This document shows positions 8,147 to 17,375 of a stretch of 53,313 nt of DNA, piece after piece. This DNA comes from an uncultured Acholeplasmataceae bacterium. Lineage in GTDB: Bacteria > Bacillota_I > Bacilli_A > Acholeplasmatales > Acholeplasmataceae. Made by a program: the position numbers and the translations under genes. How positions within the stretch are numbered: position 1 is the stretch's first letter; each line of letters opens with the position of its first letter. The notes under the pieces were generated by a model. That model ran no database searches. It was not told where the DNA came from and worked only from the letters and a program-made list of their open reading frames with translations. Where the stretch lies: assembly GCA_963545195.1 (NCBI GenBank), contig CAUUIA010000001.1, positions 1 through 53,313 of the forward strand, given 5' to 3'.

Positions 8147-9820
8147 ATGAGAAAATTATTTTTAGCACTAATCGCCATCTTCTCAACACTATTTTTAACT
8201 GCTTGTGGTAAATATGATGTAACTTTTTGGCATACATTTGGTAAGAAAGACATCACTGCCATTGAAAAAAGATTAAAAGATTTCACTAAAAAAACTGGTA
8301 TTACCGTTAAACTTGAACAAAAGGGAGGATACCAAGACATTAAAGGAGCGATTGACAAAACTCTTTCTACCAACAATCGTCCAAATTTAGTTATTGCTTA
8401 TCCTGACCACGTGGCTTCATTTAACGAAAACCGTAAAAACGTCCTTGACTTAACTAAGTTCATCAATGAAGGTACCAGCCTTCAAAAGAAATACATCAGC
8501 GATGCTGAGTTTAAAAAAGATTGGGATGAACAGTTTTATGATTTCGTAAAAGAGTCACCTCTTTCTGAAAAAGGAATCTACACTACTCCGTTTGGCCTTT
8601 CTACCGAAGTTATTCTTTACAACAAAGAACTTGCCGCAGAAATCCCTAACTTTACTGAAAAAGTAAAAACTTGGGAAGGTATTTGGGAAATGGCTAAAGA
8701 ATACCGTCAAAAATATACAGAAAAATTTGACAACTTAGTTGACCTTCCAGATCCAAAAGAACCTGGCAAAACTAAAAAACAATTTGAGCGTACTGCTGTG
8801 TTTGGCTACGACTCAGACGCTAACATGTTAATCACCATGGCAAAACAATACGGTCTGCCTTACACTGATTTTGTGAAGAAAAACGGCGAACTTAAAGGGG
8901 ATGCTTTCTTCCACGACACTACACAAAATGCACAATTAGTTGAAATGTTAGACACTCTAAAAGGCTACGCTGCTCAAAACTTATTTACAACTGGTGCAAC
9001 TTGTGGAAACAAATATAACTCAACTGCCTTTAAAAACAAACAAATCGTGTTTACTATTTCTTCATCTGGTGGAGTTGGCTACAACATTCCAGATAAAAAC
9101 AACCAATTTGAAGTAGGCATGCTACCACTTCCTAAACCTGAACTTCAACTTAGAAAAACTCAATTAAAAGAAGCAAATGACCTACTTACAACTGACCCTA
9201 ATAATGCAGACTTCAAAACTCTTCAACACAACGCACAAACTGCATACGACGCTGCTAAGGCTAAATATCCTAACCTAAATGAAGATAAACTTTCTGGAGC
9301 TTCTATTTTCCAAGGTCCTTCAATTGCAATGCTAGATCAAGCAAAAGAAGGTGAAGATTCTTACAAAAACGTATCTAACCAAAAGGCTTACGAAGTATTT
9401 AAATTCTTATTTAGCAAAGAAAACGTACGCGACTTTTCTTTAGCCAAAGGCTACGCAGCACCACGTAAAGACGTTTTTGAAACTCAAGAAATTAAAGACT
9501 TTATTAAAGAAAATAAAGCACAAAGCACCCTTGAAGGTTTAGTTGCTAAATCTTTTGAAACTATCAAAGACACACTTGACAAGAAAAACACTTTCCAATC
9601 AATTGCTTACGAAAAATCTTCAAATGCCCGCACAGTTGCGCTAAACATCATTAAAAACGTGTTAACTGATGCAGAAGTCGGCAAAGAAATTGTCACAAAA
9701 GAAGAAAGCAAAGACAAAAAACCTCTTGAGGCATACAATAGTGTTGCGAAGGCAGAACGTCTTAAAAGAATTCAAGCGCTACTTAAGTTTTACTACGATA
9801 AACACTGCAAATACGAATAA
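8147..9820 (+). CDS. ABC transporter substrate-binding lipoprotein (solute-binding family 1-like)
   Basis: Signal peptide plus lipobox MRKLFLALIAIFSTLFLTAC, with RBS AAGGA upstream of the ATG at 8147. The ORF-track start at 8054 overlaps the preceding permease gene and is probably spurious. Follows the two permease genes. Confidence 0.85.
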   Translation: MRKLFLALIAIFSTLFLTACGKYDVTFWHTFGKKDITAIEKRLKDFTKKTGITVKLEQKGGYQDIKGAIDKTLSTNNRPNLVIAYPDHVASFNENRKNVLDLTKFINEGTSLQKKYISDAEFKKDWDEQFYDFVKESPLSEKGIYTTPFGLSTEVILYNKELAAEIPNFTEKVKTWEGIWEMAKEYRQKYTEKFDNLVDLPDPKEPGKTKKQFERTAVFGYDSDANMLITMAKQYGLPYTDFVKKNGELKGDAFFHDTTQNAQLVEMLDTLKGYAAQNLFTTGATCGNKYNSTAFKNKQIVFTISSSGGVGYNIPDKNNQFEVGMLPLPKPELQLRKTQLKEANDLLTTDPNNADFKTLQHNAQTAYDAAKAKYPNLNEDKLSGASIFQGPSIAMLDQAKEGEDSYKNVSNQKAYEVFKFLFSKENVRDFSLAKGYAAPRKDVFETQEIKDFIKENKAQSTLEGLVAKSFETIKDTLDKKNTFQSIAYEKSSNARTVALNIIKNVLTDAEVGKEIVTKEESKDKKPLEAYNSVAKAERLKRIQALLKFYYDKHCKYE

Positions 9821-9850
9821 GCCATACAAAACAAACTTTTTAAAATTAAT

Positions 9851-9885
9851 AAACAACAGCCAATTACTTGGCTGTTGTTTTATAT
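9851..9885 (+). terminator. Putative intrinsic terminator after the binding-protein gene
   Basis: 11-bp perfect stem AAACAACAGCC/GGCTGTTGTTT with an 8-nt loop. The T tract is short (TTT, then TATATAT). Confidence 0.55.
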
Positions 9886-9929
9886 ATAAACTAATAACTT
9901 CTAATTTTTTTTAAAAGAAAGGAGCAAAA

Positions 9930-11195
9930 ATGAAAAAACTAATTTTAACGCTAACAACTCTTTTAACTTCTGTTTTTTTAGTAGCCTGCCACAAAGCATT
10001 TTATATTGCTAAACAAGAGTCAGACATCATAATTCATAAACTAATTATGGGCAGAAGTTATGAAAACTCCGTGCTAGAACTGAAAAACATTTCAGATTCC
10101 GCTAAAAACCTAAAAAACTACTCAATTAGATATTTTAAAAAATCAAGCCAATTTAGTGAACTAACGCTTCCAAACAAGGAACTTAAACCCGGTGAGTTTT
10201 TTTCAATTGGCAACGTTGACGCTACTCTTGTAAAAACTAAAGGCGACACATCAACTGGCAACGCTGGCAAAACTGTTGAAGTTGACCTACTTCAAAGTAA
10301 AATAACTTTTGGCTACTCAAAAAGAATTGAGTTAAAAAAAGAAGCCAAAACTATTGATGTATACGGCCAAAAAGACGCTAAAAACACTTTAGCCGAAGAA
10401 GCTTCTCTTTATCGTTTTGCGGAGTTTGAGAAAAATTTAGGCGAAGCACATCTAAACTTCGTTTGGTGTTTGTTTAAAGTAGAGTACTACAGTGCACTTG
10501 GCAAAAACTGCCCACTAACCTACGAAGAAGTTTTAAAAGGACCTAAACCTGACTTAACTAAGTTAGTTGAAGACAAGGTAAATGCTGGCAAAAACTTAAA
10601 AGAAACTTTAATTCAAAATATCTTGAATAAAACTCCTGGCAATGGCGAAATTATTCCGGTTGATCGAGTTAGTCTTTACAAAGACGGAGACACTACTGAC
10701 TTCGTGGTGTCTTTTACAGAAAGCAAAACTGGAAGTAAAATTGAACACATTCTTCCAACCAGATACGCATATTGCGATACCCCTGAGAAAGGAAAAGGTG
10801 TTACACGACCTGAGCCTTTTGCAAACCAGGCTACTAACTTAACTCACGATCTGCATGAAAACGCAAAAACTACATACCTGCAAACTATACCTCGTGGGCA
10901 AATTGACGGCAGTTTTGGTCGCTACTTTTTAGTAGTTTGGGCAGGCAACGAACTAGTTGCGTTTAAATTAACCAAAAACGGACTAAATGAAAAACTGCCA
11001 TCTAGACTAAATATTTCAGATGCAATACTTTACAACGACATCCCACTTGAGTACTACATTGAAATGGCTTACTACTACGCTGAGCAAAACCGCCTAAACC
11101 TTGCTTATGAATATAACAAAGACCCTTACTTTAACTACCGCACTGGTAAATTTAGAAAAGGTCACGAAAACGCAAGGATAAAAACCGTTGAGTAA
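9930..11195 (+). CDS. Surface lipoprotein nuclease: N-terminal lamin-tail-like domain plus C-terminal staphylococcal nuclease (SNase) domain
   Basis: Lipobox LTSVFLVAC. The SNase-like region reads DRVSLYKDGDTTDFVV...TRYAYCDTPEKG...FGRYFLVVW...LTKNGL, keeping the Arg, DTPE and Arg catalytic/Ca-binding pattern (DTPE is at nt 10776-10787). The N-terminal segment IIIHKLIMG...VLELKNISD...LKPGEFFSIGN resembles LTD domains of extracellular nucleases. Confidence 0.75.
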   Translation: MKKLILTLTTLLTSVFLVACHKAFYIAKQESDIIIHKLIMGRSYENSVLELKNISDSAKNLKNYSIRYFKKSSQFSELTLPNKELKPGEFFSIGNVDATLVKTKGDTSTGNAGKTVEVDLLQSKITFGYSKRIELKKEAKTIDVYGQKDAKNTLAEEASLYRFAEFEKNLGEAHLNFVWCLFKVEYYSALGKNCPLTYEEVLKGPKPDLTKLVEDKVNAGKNLKETLIQNILNKTPGNGEIIPVDRVSLYKDGDTTDFVVSFTESKTGSKIEHILPTRYAYCDTPEKGKGVTRPEPFANQATNLTHDLHENAKTTYLQTIPRGQIDGSFGRYFLVVWAGNELVAFKLTKNGLNEKLPSRLNISDAILYNDIPLEYYIEMAYYYAEQNRLNLAYEYNKDPYFNYRTGKFRKGHENARIKTVE

Positions 11196-12183
11196 AAGAA
11201 CACTTTTAACCCTCCTGCTTTATCTACTTTTTGTAGTAATTGTAGGCGTGCCTTTCTTTTTTGCGATTAACGCAGTACTTGGCAAAAGAGACCTTGATTA
11301 CTTTCAGTCAAATGTCTTGGCGCTATATGCTACCCCTAACAAACAAAAACAATACCTGCAAACTTACGCAAAACTTTTTGGCTACGAAACTGAAAACACA
11401 CCAGTTTTTGAGTTTAATACTGAAAATCCCGAACACTCTAGTATCAAACTCCTGGTACTAAAGGCGCATAACCGCAAAACTAAGCAAAACGCACTCCTTG
11501 TGTATGTTTCTGAACTACTTGCATATTCTGGCAACCCTGATAACTATGTAGTAGATGTGGCTAACAAAAACCGCCTTCATCCCCAAAACTACAAGTCAGA
11601 GGTGCAATACCGCCTTGAGTTTTCGTTTACCAACTCAAACTTTAAGTTTGTGCAAAAAAACAAATTCAGTGATTTCTTAAAACCGTTTATTATCAATACT
11701 GATTTTGTCACTGCCAACGGTAAGTTTGAAAACTATATAGACGGAATCAAAATAACGCCAACCTACGCTCCTAGCACTTTTCCAAACAAACAAAAACTCA
11801 AAAAACCTGAGTTAATTGTTGCAACTAAAGACTCAAAGTTTGTAAAAGAAGAGACTGCCTATCCTGAGGCTAAACGTATTTTAAGCACAGACCATAAATT
11901 ATTTGACCGTAAATATCTAACCCAACCTTTTAATCTTAAAGATCAAGCAGAAATTAAAATTAACTACTCTGGTCTAAACCGTGGACTTGTTTTGGTATCG
12001 CTTGCAGGAACTGGCCTGATTTTAGTAATTACTTACTTTACTTTCATTAGAAAACCGCTTAAAGTTTTTATAAAAGAAAAACGAAGAGCAGCGCACCGCC
12101 GCAAGCAAGAGCAAGCAGGAATAGACACAGAAACCAAGTTATTTGGCAAAACTGCCGATAAAGTTGAGCAAGACAAACAATAG
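11188..12183 (+). CDS. Hypothetical bitopic membrane protein (N- and C-terminal TM segments, basic C-tail)
   Basis: A TTG start overlaps the nuclease stop by 8 nt, suggesting translational coupling. TM segments are LLTLLLYLLFVVIVGVPFFFAI and GLVLVSLAGTGLILVITYFTFI. No recognisable domain. Confidence 0.7.
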   Translation: MSKRTLLTLLLYLLFVVIVGVPFFFAINAVLGKRDLDYFQSNVLALYATPNKQKQYLQTYAKLFGYETENTPVFEFNTENPEHSSIKLLVLKAHNRKTKQNALLVYVSELLAYSGNPDNYVVDVANKNRLHPQNYKSEVQYRLEFSFTNSNFKFVQKNKFSDFLKPFIINTDFVTANGKFENYIDGIKITPTYAPSTFPNKQKLKKPELIVATKDSKFVKEETAYPEAKRILSTDHKLFDRKYLTQPFNLKDQAEIKINYSGLNRGLVLVSLAGTGLILVITYFTFIRKPLKVFIKEKRRAAHRRKQEQAGIDTETKLFGKTADKVEQDKQ

Positions 12184-12216
12184 ACAACAAAAACTTCAGT
12201 TTTTCTTAAAAACGCA

Positions 12217-12245
12217 TTTACAAAACCCTTAAACTGGGCTATAAT
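12217..12245 (+). promoter_or_regulatory. Sigma-A type promoter
   Basis: TTTACA (12217-12222), 17 nt spacer, TATAAT (12240-12245), upstream of the lipoprotein gene at 12271. Confidence 0.55.
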
Positions 12246-12270
12246 TTATTTAAAGGAGACATAAAAATAT

Positions 12271-13176
12271 ATGTTTAAAAAATTATTATTAACATTTCTT
12301 ACACTAATCGTTCCATTTGCTTTAGCGTCATGCGAACCAAGATATTTTGATGATGTTAAAGTAGCAAAAATTAAAGACATCTACAATATGAACGCAAACG
12401 ACCCAGTCGCAGCTTCCGGTATTCTTTTCCGTGCAGCTTCAAAAGCAACTTGGTATTTAACTGACGGTACATCTACAATCAAGGTATATGACCGCGATGG
12501 CAATATTGACCACGACAAAGATTTAAACTACGATTTTCAAAAAGTTTTAATTAAAGGTAAAGTTTCTGAGTTTGCTGGTTTAAAACAAATTGCCATGCAA
12601 GACATTAAGTTAAATGAAAAATCAAGTGCTAAATTACCTGAACTCACAGACATTTCTCAAGTTAAACTATTTGCAAATAGCGAAAAAGGTAAAGAACAAG
12701 TTTCTTCAGACTTTGCTAACCTAGACGGTAAATTAGTTAAATTTGGCGCTAAGCTACTCGGCTTTAAAGAAACTTACGTAGGTAAAGTAATTGAACAAGC
12801 AAACGGTGAAAATAAACTAATTGCTGGTAAAACTCCAGACTACATTGAAGTTCAACTAGAAATTAACGGCGAAAAAACTAATGTTCGCTTTGATGTTCGT
12901 GAACCAAAATGGGCAAAATGGTTTCAAAAAAACATCGCTCAAGTTAAAACACTTTACAAAGACATTAAATTTGAAGCAACTGAAAAAAAGAACAAAAAAG
13001 GCGATAAGATTGAAAAAACTTATCTTGAATACAAATTACCTGAAGCAAAACAAGTTACAGTAAGTAATGTAATTGCATCAGTTTACAAGCCTTACGACAA
13101 AGCAAAAAAACAACTAGTTGGCACATCACTTGCTCAATTTGACATTTCAACTAGATTCACTATTACTTTTAAATAA
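12271..13176 (+). CDS. Lipoprotein with possible OB-fold (nucleic-acid-binding-like) N-terminal domain
   Basis: Lipobox FALASC and RBS AAAGGAGA. The segment GILFRAASKATWYLTDGTSTIKVY...VLIKGKVSEFAGLKQIAMQDI follows the pattern of OB-fold domains on extracellular nucleases and DNA-binding proteins. Domain call is an inference. Confidence 0.7.
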   Translation: MFKKLLLTFLTLIVPFALASCEPRYFDDVKVAKIKDIYNMNANDPVAASGILFRAASKATWYLTDGTSTIKVYDRDGNIDHDKDLNYDFQKVLIKGKVSEFAGLKQIAMQDIKLNEKSSAKLPELTDISQVKLFANSEKGKEQVSSDFANLDGKLVKFGAKLLGFKETYVGKVIEQANGENKLIAGKTPDYIEVQLEINGEKTNVRFDVREPKWAKWFQKNIAQVKTLYKDIKFEATEKKNKKGDKIEKTYLEYKLPEAKQVTVSNVIASVYKPYDKAKKQLVGTSLAQFDISTRFTITFK

Positions 13177-13206
13177 GCCGCTTAAACTTTTTTAAAAAAC
13201 TCAACG

Positions 13207-13231
13207 ACCCCGATATTTTATCGGGGTTTTT
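13207..13231 (+). terminator. Rho-independent terminator
   Basis: ACCCCGAT-ATTTT-ATCGGGGT followed by TTTT. Confidence 0.8.
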
Positions 13232-13359
13232 AAATTAAGTGCAAAAACCCCGTAAATGTGGTATCCTATTTTAGTTAAGTGTACACAACACTTAGTGGTA
13301 GTCGCTAAAAGCGACGCTAACCACACGCTTACATTATTTAGTAAAAGGAGGTTGTGTTT

Positions 13360-13782
13360 ATGGCTAAAAAAATTGTCAAGCAAATCAAATTACAAATTCC
13401 GGCTGGCAAAGCGACACCAGCAGCACCAGTAGGTCCTGCCCTTGGTCAAGCGCAAGTTAACATCCCGCAATTTGTTAAACAATTCAACGACGCTACTCAA
13501 GGTCAAATCGGTTTTGTAGTGCCAGTAGTGATTTCTGTATATGAAGACCGTTCATTTACATTTGTTACAAAAACTCCACCAGCTTCAGATCTTTTAAAGA
13601 AAGAAGCAGGTATTGAAAAAGGGTCTGCAAACCCTCTTAAAAACAAGGTTGCTAAAATCAAACGCGCACAAGTTGCCAAAATCGCGGAAATCAAAATGCG
13701 CGATCTAAATGCCAACGACTTAGAGGCTGCAACTAAAATTATTGAAGGATCTGCCCGCAACATGGGCATTGAAGTTGAATAA
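13360..13782 (+). CDS. rplK: 50S ribosomal protein L11 (uL11)
   Basis: [30 protein letters not shown]-type N-terminus. AAAGGAGG lies 8 nt upstream of the ATG at 13360; the ORF-track GTG at 13354 is less likely. Confidence 0.95.
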   Translation: MAKKIVKQIKLQIPAGKATPAAPVGPALGQAQVNIPQFVKQFNDATQGQIGFVVPVVISVYEDRSFTFVTKTPPASDLLKKEAGIEKGSANPLKNKVAKIKRAQVAKIAEIKMRDLNANDLEAATKIIEGSARNMGIEVE

Positions 13783-13793
13783 GGAGCACTAAA

Positions 13794-14480
13794 ATGCAAA
13801 AAGGAAAAAAATACACAGAAAGTGCTAAGCTTATCGACAAAACTGTTCAGTATTCTTTACTAGATGGTGTTGAACTTGTAAAAAAAGTAAAATTCGCTAA
13901 GTTTGATGAAACCATTGAACTTGCCCTTAAAATGAATCTAGACTCACGTAAAGCCGAACAAAATCTGCGTGGTGCACTAGTGCTTCCACACGGTACTGGT
14001 AAAACCCAAAAAGTCTGCGTAATTGCTGAAGGCAAAAAAGCAGAAGAGGCTAAAAAAGCAGGTGCTGACGTAGTTGGCGACAACGAACTAATTCAACAAA
14101 TCGCCGGTGGCTGGCTGGAGTTTGACGTCATGGTTGCAACTCCTGACATGATGCCAAAATTAGGTAGACTAGGTAAAGTTCTTGGACCTCGTGGTTTGAT
14201 GCCAAACCCTAAAACTGGAACTGTCACTTTAGACGTTGAAAAAGCAGTTCACGACATTAAAAATGGTAAAGTTGAATACCGAGTTGACAAATTCGGAAAC
14301 ATCCAAGTACCAGTTGGAAAAGCATCTTTTGCATCTAAAGCACTTGTTGAAAACATCGCAGTTGTACTTGACCAAATTATTAAAATCAAACCAGCAACTG
14401 TCAAAGGTACTTACCTTAAAAACGCCACAATTTCTACAACTCAAGGTCCTGGTGTAAAAATCAACCCAGAAACTCGCTAA
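13794..14480 (+). CDS. rplA: 50S ribosomal protein L1 (uL1)
   Basis: Follows rplK and is L1-like throughout (for example [39 protein letters not shown]). Confidence 0.95.
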   Translation: MQKGKKYTESAKLIDKTVQYSLLDGVELVKKVKFAKFDETIELALKMNLDSRKAEQNLRGALVLPHGTGKTQKVCVIAEGKKAEEAKKAGADVVGDNELIQQIAGGWLEFDVMVATPDMMPKLGRLGKVLGPRGLMPNPKTGTVTLDVEKAVHDIKNGKVEYRVDKFGNIQVPVGKASFASKALVENIAVVLDQIIKIKPATVKGTYLKNATISTTQGPGVKINPETR

Positions 14481-14486
14481 AAGTTG

Positions 14487-14640
14487 TATAATATTTAAAG
14501 TAAAAATTAATCTCCAAAGACAGCAGGCATTATGTAAGCCCTGCCGAGGAAAAACAAAAACAACTCCAAAACCCTTTTTTTGTTTAACTCGCTTTGGCTA
14601 AGTTAATTTAAAAAAGGGTTTTTAATTTATAAATAGATTT
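14487..14640 (+). promoter_or_regulatory. rplJL 5' leader: TATAAT box, L10-leader-like bulged hairpin and an intrinsic terminator/attenuator
   Basis: TATAAT at 14487-14492. Bulged hairpin GCAGGC-ATTATGTAA-GCCCTGC followed by CGAGG. A 13-bp perfect stem AAAACCCTTTTTT (14568-14580) / AAAAAAGGGTTTT (14610-14622) plus T lies 31 nt before the rplJ ATG. This fits the L10(L12)4 attenuation leader described for Bacillus. Confidence 0.55.
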
Positions 14641-14653
14641 AAACGGAGGAAAA

Positions 14654-15139
14654 ATGAAAGAAAGTTTAGTCTTAAAACAAAAACAAGTAGACGAACTTAG
14701 TCAAATTTTTACAGCCGCTAAAACTATCGTTGTTTTTGAATACGGAGCATTGTCTGTAGAAAGTCTAACTCAACTAAGAAGAGCACTACGCAAAACAGAC
14801 TCAAACGCAAAAGTTTACAAAAACAACATAGCACGCCGCGCTGCTTTAAAATCTGGGCTAGCCGACCTTGCAGACCGCTTAGTTGGACAAGTCGCAATCG
14901 CGTACTCTTTAACCGACACAGTTGCCCCTGCAAAAGCAGTTTATGAGTTTATCACAGCATATCCTGATAAAAAAATTGTGACAGGTGCTGTTGACGGCAA
15001 AGTTGTCTCAGTTTCAGAAATTGAAACTCTCGCAAAACTTCCCAACAAAGAAGGTATGCTTCAATTATTGGCAGGTGCAATGTACCAGCCACTTCAACGC
15101 CTTGCTATCGGGCTTAATATGTTAGCAGAATCAAAATAA
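14654..15139 (+). CDS. rplJ: 50S ribosomal protein L10 (uL10)
   Basis: Sits between the leader and rplL, is L10-like, and has a GGAGG RBS. Confidence 0.95.
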   Translation: MKESLVLKQKQVDELSQIFTAAKTIVVFEYGALSVESLTQLRRALRKTDSNAKVYKNNIARRAALKSGLADLADRLVGQVAIAYSLTDTVAPAKAVYEFITAYPDKKIVTGAVDGKVVSVSEIETLAKLPNKEGMLQLLAGAMYQPLQRLAIGLNMLAESK

Positions 15140-15161
15140 TTTTGCTAAGGAGGAAATAATA

Positions 15162-15533
15162 ATGGCAAAACTAACTAAACAAGCATTTATCGATGCACTT
15201 AAAGAAATGACTATCCTTGAAATCAAGGAACTTCTTGATGGACTTAAAGAAGAGTTTGGAATTGATCCAACTGCAGTTGCAGTTGCTGGACCTGCTCAAA
15301 GCGGACCTGCTCAAGAAGAAAAAACTGAGTTTACAGTTGTTCTTAAATCATTTGGCGAAAACAAAATCGCTGTCATTAAAGTAGTTCGCGAAATTACTGG
15401 ACTTGGTCTTGCTGAGGCTAAAAAGGCTGCAGAAACTCCAGACTCAGTACTTAAAGAAAACGTATCAAAAGAAGAAGCCGAAGCAATTCAAAAGAAACTT
15501 GAAGAAGCCGGCGCTAAAGTTGAACTTAAATAG
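15162..15533 (+). CDS. rplL: 50S ribosomal protein L7/L12 (bL12)
   Basis: Shows an N-terminal dimerisation region, an Ala/Pro hinge and a C-terminal domain ([21 protein letters not shown]...[10 protein letters not shown]). Confidence 0.97.
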   Translation: MAKLTKQAFIDALKEMTILEIKELLDGLKEEFGIDPTAVAVAGPAQSGPAQEEKTEFTVVLKSFGENKIAVIKVVREITGLGLAEAKKAAETPDSVLKENVSKEEAEAIQKKLEEAGAKVELK

Positions 15534-15544
15534 TTTTCACTTTA

Positions 15545-16141
15545 GTGGAACATTACTTTTCTAAAAAACCGCAAATTAAAAGTAAGCAAACTAAATACAG
15601 CGCCGTTGTTTTTGAAAAACATTTTAGTTTTTTTAAAGACAACGGTGTTTTTTCCAAAGACAACCTAGATAAAGGAACTTATCTTTTTTTAAAACACTTT
15701 GACCTTAAAAACCCCAACTGCAAAACTGTTTTAGATGTAGGTGCGGGAACTGGCGAAATCTCTATAATTTTAGCGAAGCAGTTTCAAGATCTTAATTTCA
15801 CTGGAGTCGAGATTAATGAAAGAGCAGTAGCGCTTGCTAAAAAAAATAGTGAACTTAATCAGTGTGCAAACACCGAGTTTATCCAAGGTGATTTCCTGGA
15901 GTTTAAGACAAACAATAAGTATGACTTAATTGTTTCCAACCCGCCAATTAAGATAGGTAAGCAAACTATTTTTGAGTTTTACCGTAAAGTAAAAAGTTTA
16001 CTTTCAGAAATTGGTCAGTTTTCACTAGTTGTCAAACACTCGCAAGGTGCTGAAAGTCACATTAAGTTCCTAAAAACTTTATTCAAGATTGTGGGGTTTA
16101 AAAAAGACGCAACTTACTATTTAATTTCGTGTTTTAATTAA
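15545..16141 (+). CDS. Class I SAM-dependent methyltransferase (RsmC/YbxB-like small rRNA methyltransferase)
   Basis: SAM motif VLDVGAGTGEISI and NPPIKIG (the NPP motif of N-methyltransferases). GTG start. Holds the same position after rplL as B. subtilis ybxB. Confidence 0.8.
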   Translation: MEHYFSKKPQIKSKQTKYSAVVFEKHFSFFKDNGVFSKDNLDKGTYLFLKHFDLKNPNCKTVLDVGAGTGEISIILAKQFQDLNFTGVEINERAVALAKKNSELNQCANTEFIQGDFLEFKTNNKYDLIVSNPPIKIGKQTIFEFYRKVKSLLSEIGQFSLVVKHSQGAESHIKFLKTLFKIVGFKKDATYYLISCFN

Positions 16142-16203
16142 AACTTTATTTTTAAAAACCGAAAAGTGATTTTTAAAAACTAAAAAAAGGAGTTTAGATA
16201 AAT

Positions 16204-16914
16204 ATGGGACGTGCATTTGAAGTTAGAAAAGAAGCAAAAGCCAAAACTGCCGCGGCTAAAACCAAAGTTTACTCAAAGTATGGCCGCGAGATTTACGTCT
16301 TGGCAAAAAACGGATCTCCCGATCCTCAAAGCAACCCTGATTTAAAGCGAATTATTGAAAAGGCTAAAAAAGACCAGGTACCAAACGACATCATCCAACG
16401 AGCCATTGACAAAGCCAAAGGTGCCGGTGGTGAGAACTTCGTGCCAGTAGTTTATGAAGGCTTTGGACAAGGAGATGCTCAGTTTATAATTGAGACCTTA
16501 ACCGATAACGTCAACCGCACGATTTCGCAAATTCGCGCAATTTTAAACAAAACTGGCGGAAAACTTGGAGTTTCAGGTTCAGTTTCGCACCAATTTGCAC
16601 ACGAAGCCATTTTTAAACTACCAGTTCAAGAAGACGATGTGCTAAACGCACTGCTTGAGGCAGACGCAGACATTAAAGACACCGCAGCCCTTGAAAACTC
16701 AACCGTGGTCTACGCCGAAATTGATAAATACGGCCAAGTTAAATCCGCACTAACCTCTGCCTTTCCAAACATTGAGTTTGAGATTGACGAAATCACTTAC
16801 TCAGCACTGACTTTGGTTGAACTAAGCACTGAAAACCAAGAGAAATTTGACAACATGCTTATGCAACTTGAGGAACTAGACGACGTTCAACATATTTATC
16901 ACAACGTAAAATAA
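16204..16914 (+). CDS. YebC/PmpR family protein
   Basis: MGRAFEVRKEAKAKTAAAKTKVYSKYGREI...NPDLKRIIEKAKKDQVPNDIIQRAI is the canonical YebC N-terminus. Confidence 0.9.
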   Translation: MGRAFEVRKEAKAKTAAAKTKVYSKYGREIYVLAKNGSPDPQSNPDLKRIIEKAKKDQVPNDIIQRAIDKAKGAGGENFVPVVYEGFGQGDAQFIIETLTDNVNRTISQIRAILNKTGGKLGVSGSVSHQFAHEAIFKLPVQEDDVLNALLEADADIKDTAALENSTVVYAEIDKYGQVKSALTSAFPNIEFEIDEITYSALTLVELSTENQEKFDNMLMQLEELDDVQHIYHNVK

Positions 16915-16916
16915 TT

Positions 16917-17315
16917 ATGGAAAAAGAAATTTTAGACTTTATTTTAAACAAAGTTGGCTATATTGCCACAGTTTCTAAAGAAGGTGTGCCAAATGTTGGC
17001 CCTAAAGTCACAATGCGCCATTTTTCTGGAAACATCTTAATTTGGAACGAAACAACTTGTAAGCATACTAAGTTCAACATTGAAAAAACAGGAAAAGCAT
17101 CTGTTTGCTTTATTGACGAAGTTACGCAAACTGGCTACCGTTTTACTGGTCGCGCAACTATTTTAGACAAATCTAGTCAACTGTTTGAACTGTACTCAGA
17201 AAACGCCAAAGCGCTTGGCTTAAAACAACCTGAGTTTTTTGGCCAACTTATAGTTGAACAAATTTACCTACTAGACCGTGGCCCAAAAGCCGGAACTTTA
17301 CTTAAAAACTTCTAG
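16917..17315 (+). CDS. Pyridoxamine 5'-phosphate oxidase-like (FMN-binding split barrel) family protein
   Basis: Size and pattern (IATVSKEGVPNVGPK...GKASVCFID...GYRFTGRATI) are typical of the PNPOx-like family. Function unknown. Confidence 0.6.
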   Translation: MEKEILDFILNKVGYIATVSKEGVPNVGPKVTMRHFSGNILIWNETTCKHTKFNIEKTGKASVCFIDEVTQTGYRFTGRATILDKSSQLFELYSENAKALGLKQPEFFGQLIVEQIYLLDRGPKAGTLLKNF

Positions 17316-17375
17316 TAAACGATTTTTAAAATAATATAAATAAACCTAAAAATACAAACAAAAAGGAAGGCCAAT

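Noticed and set aside
13232-13343. L1-binding autoregulatory leader upstream of rplK
   Set aside because: Two small hairpins exist (TAAGTGT/ACACTTA at about 13275-13293, GTCGC/GCGAC at 13301-13315). I cannot match them to the L1 rRNA-mimic motif from memory, and the putative promoter is weak, so the support is too thin to call.
15534-16141. Expected rpoB-rpoC after rplL
   Set aside because: They are not present. rplL is followed by a ybxB-like methyltransferase, as in Bacillus, but then by yebC rather than rpoB. This is an organisational difference, not an anomaly in the sequence itself.
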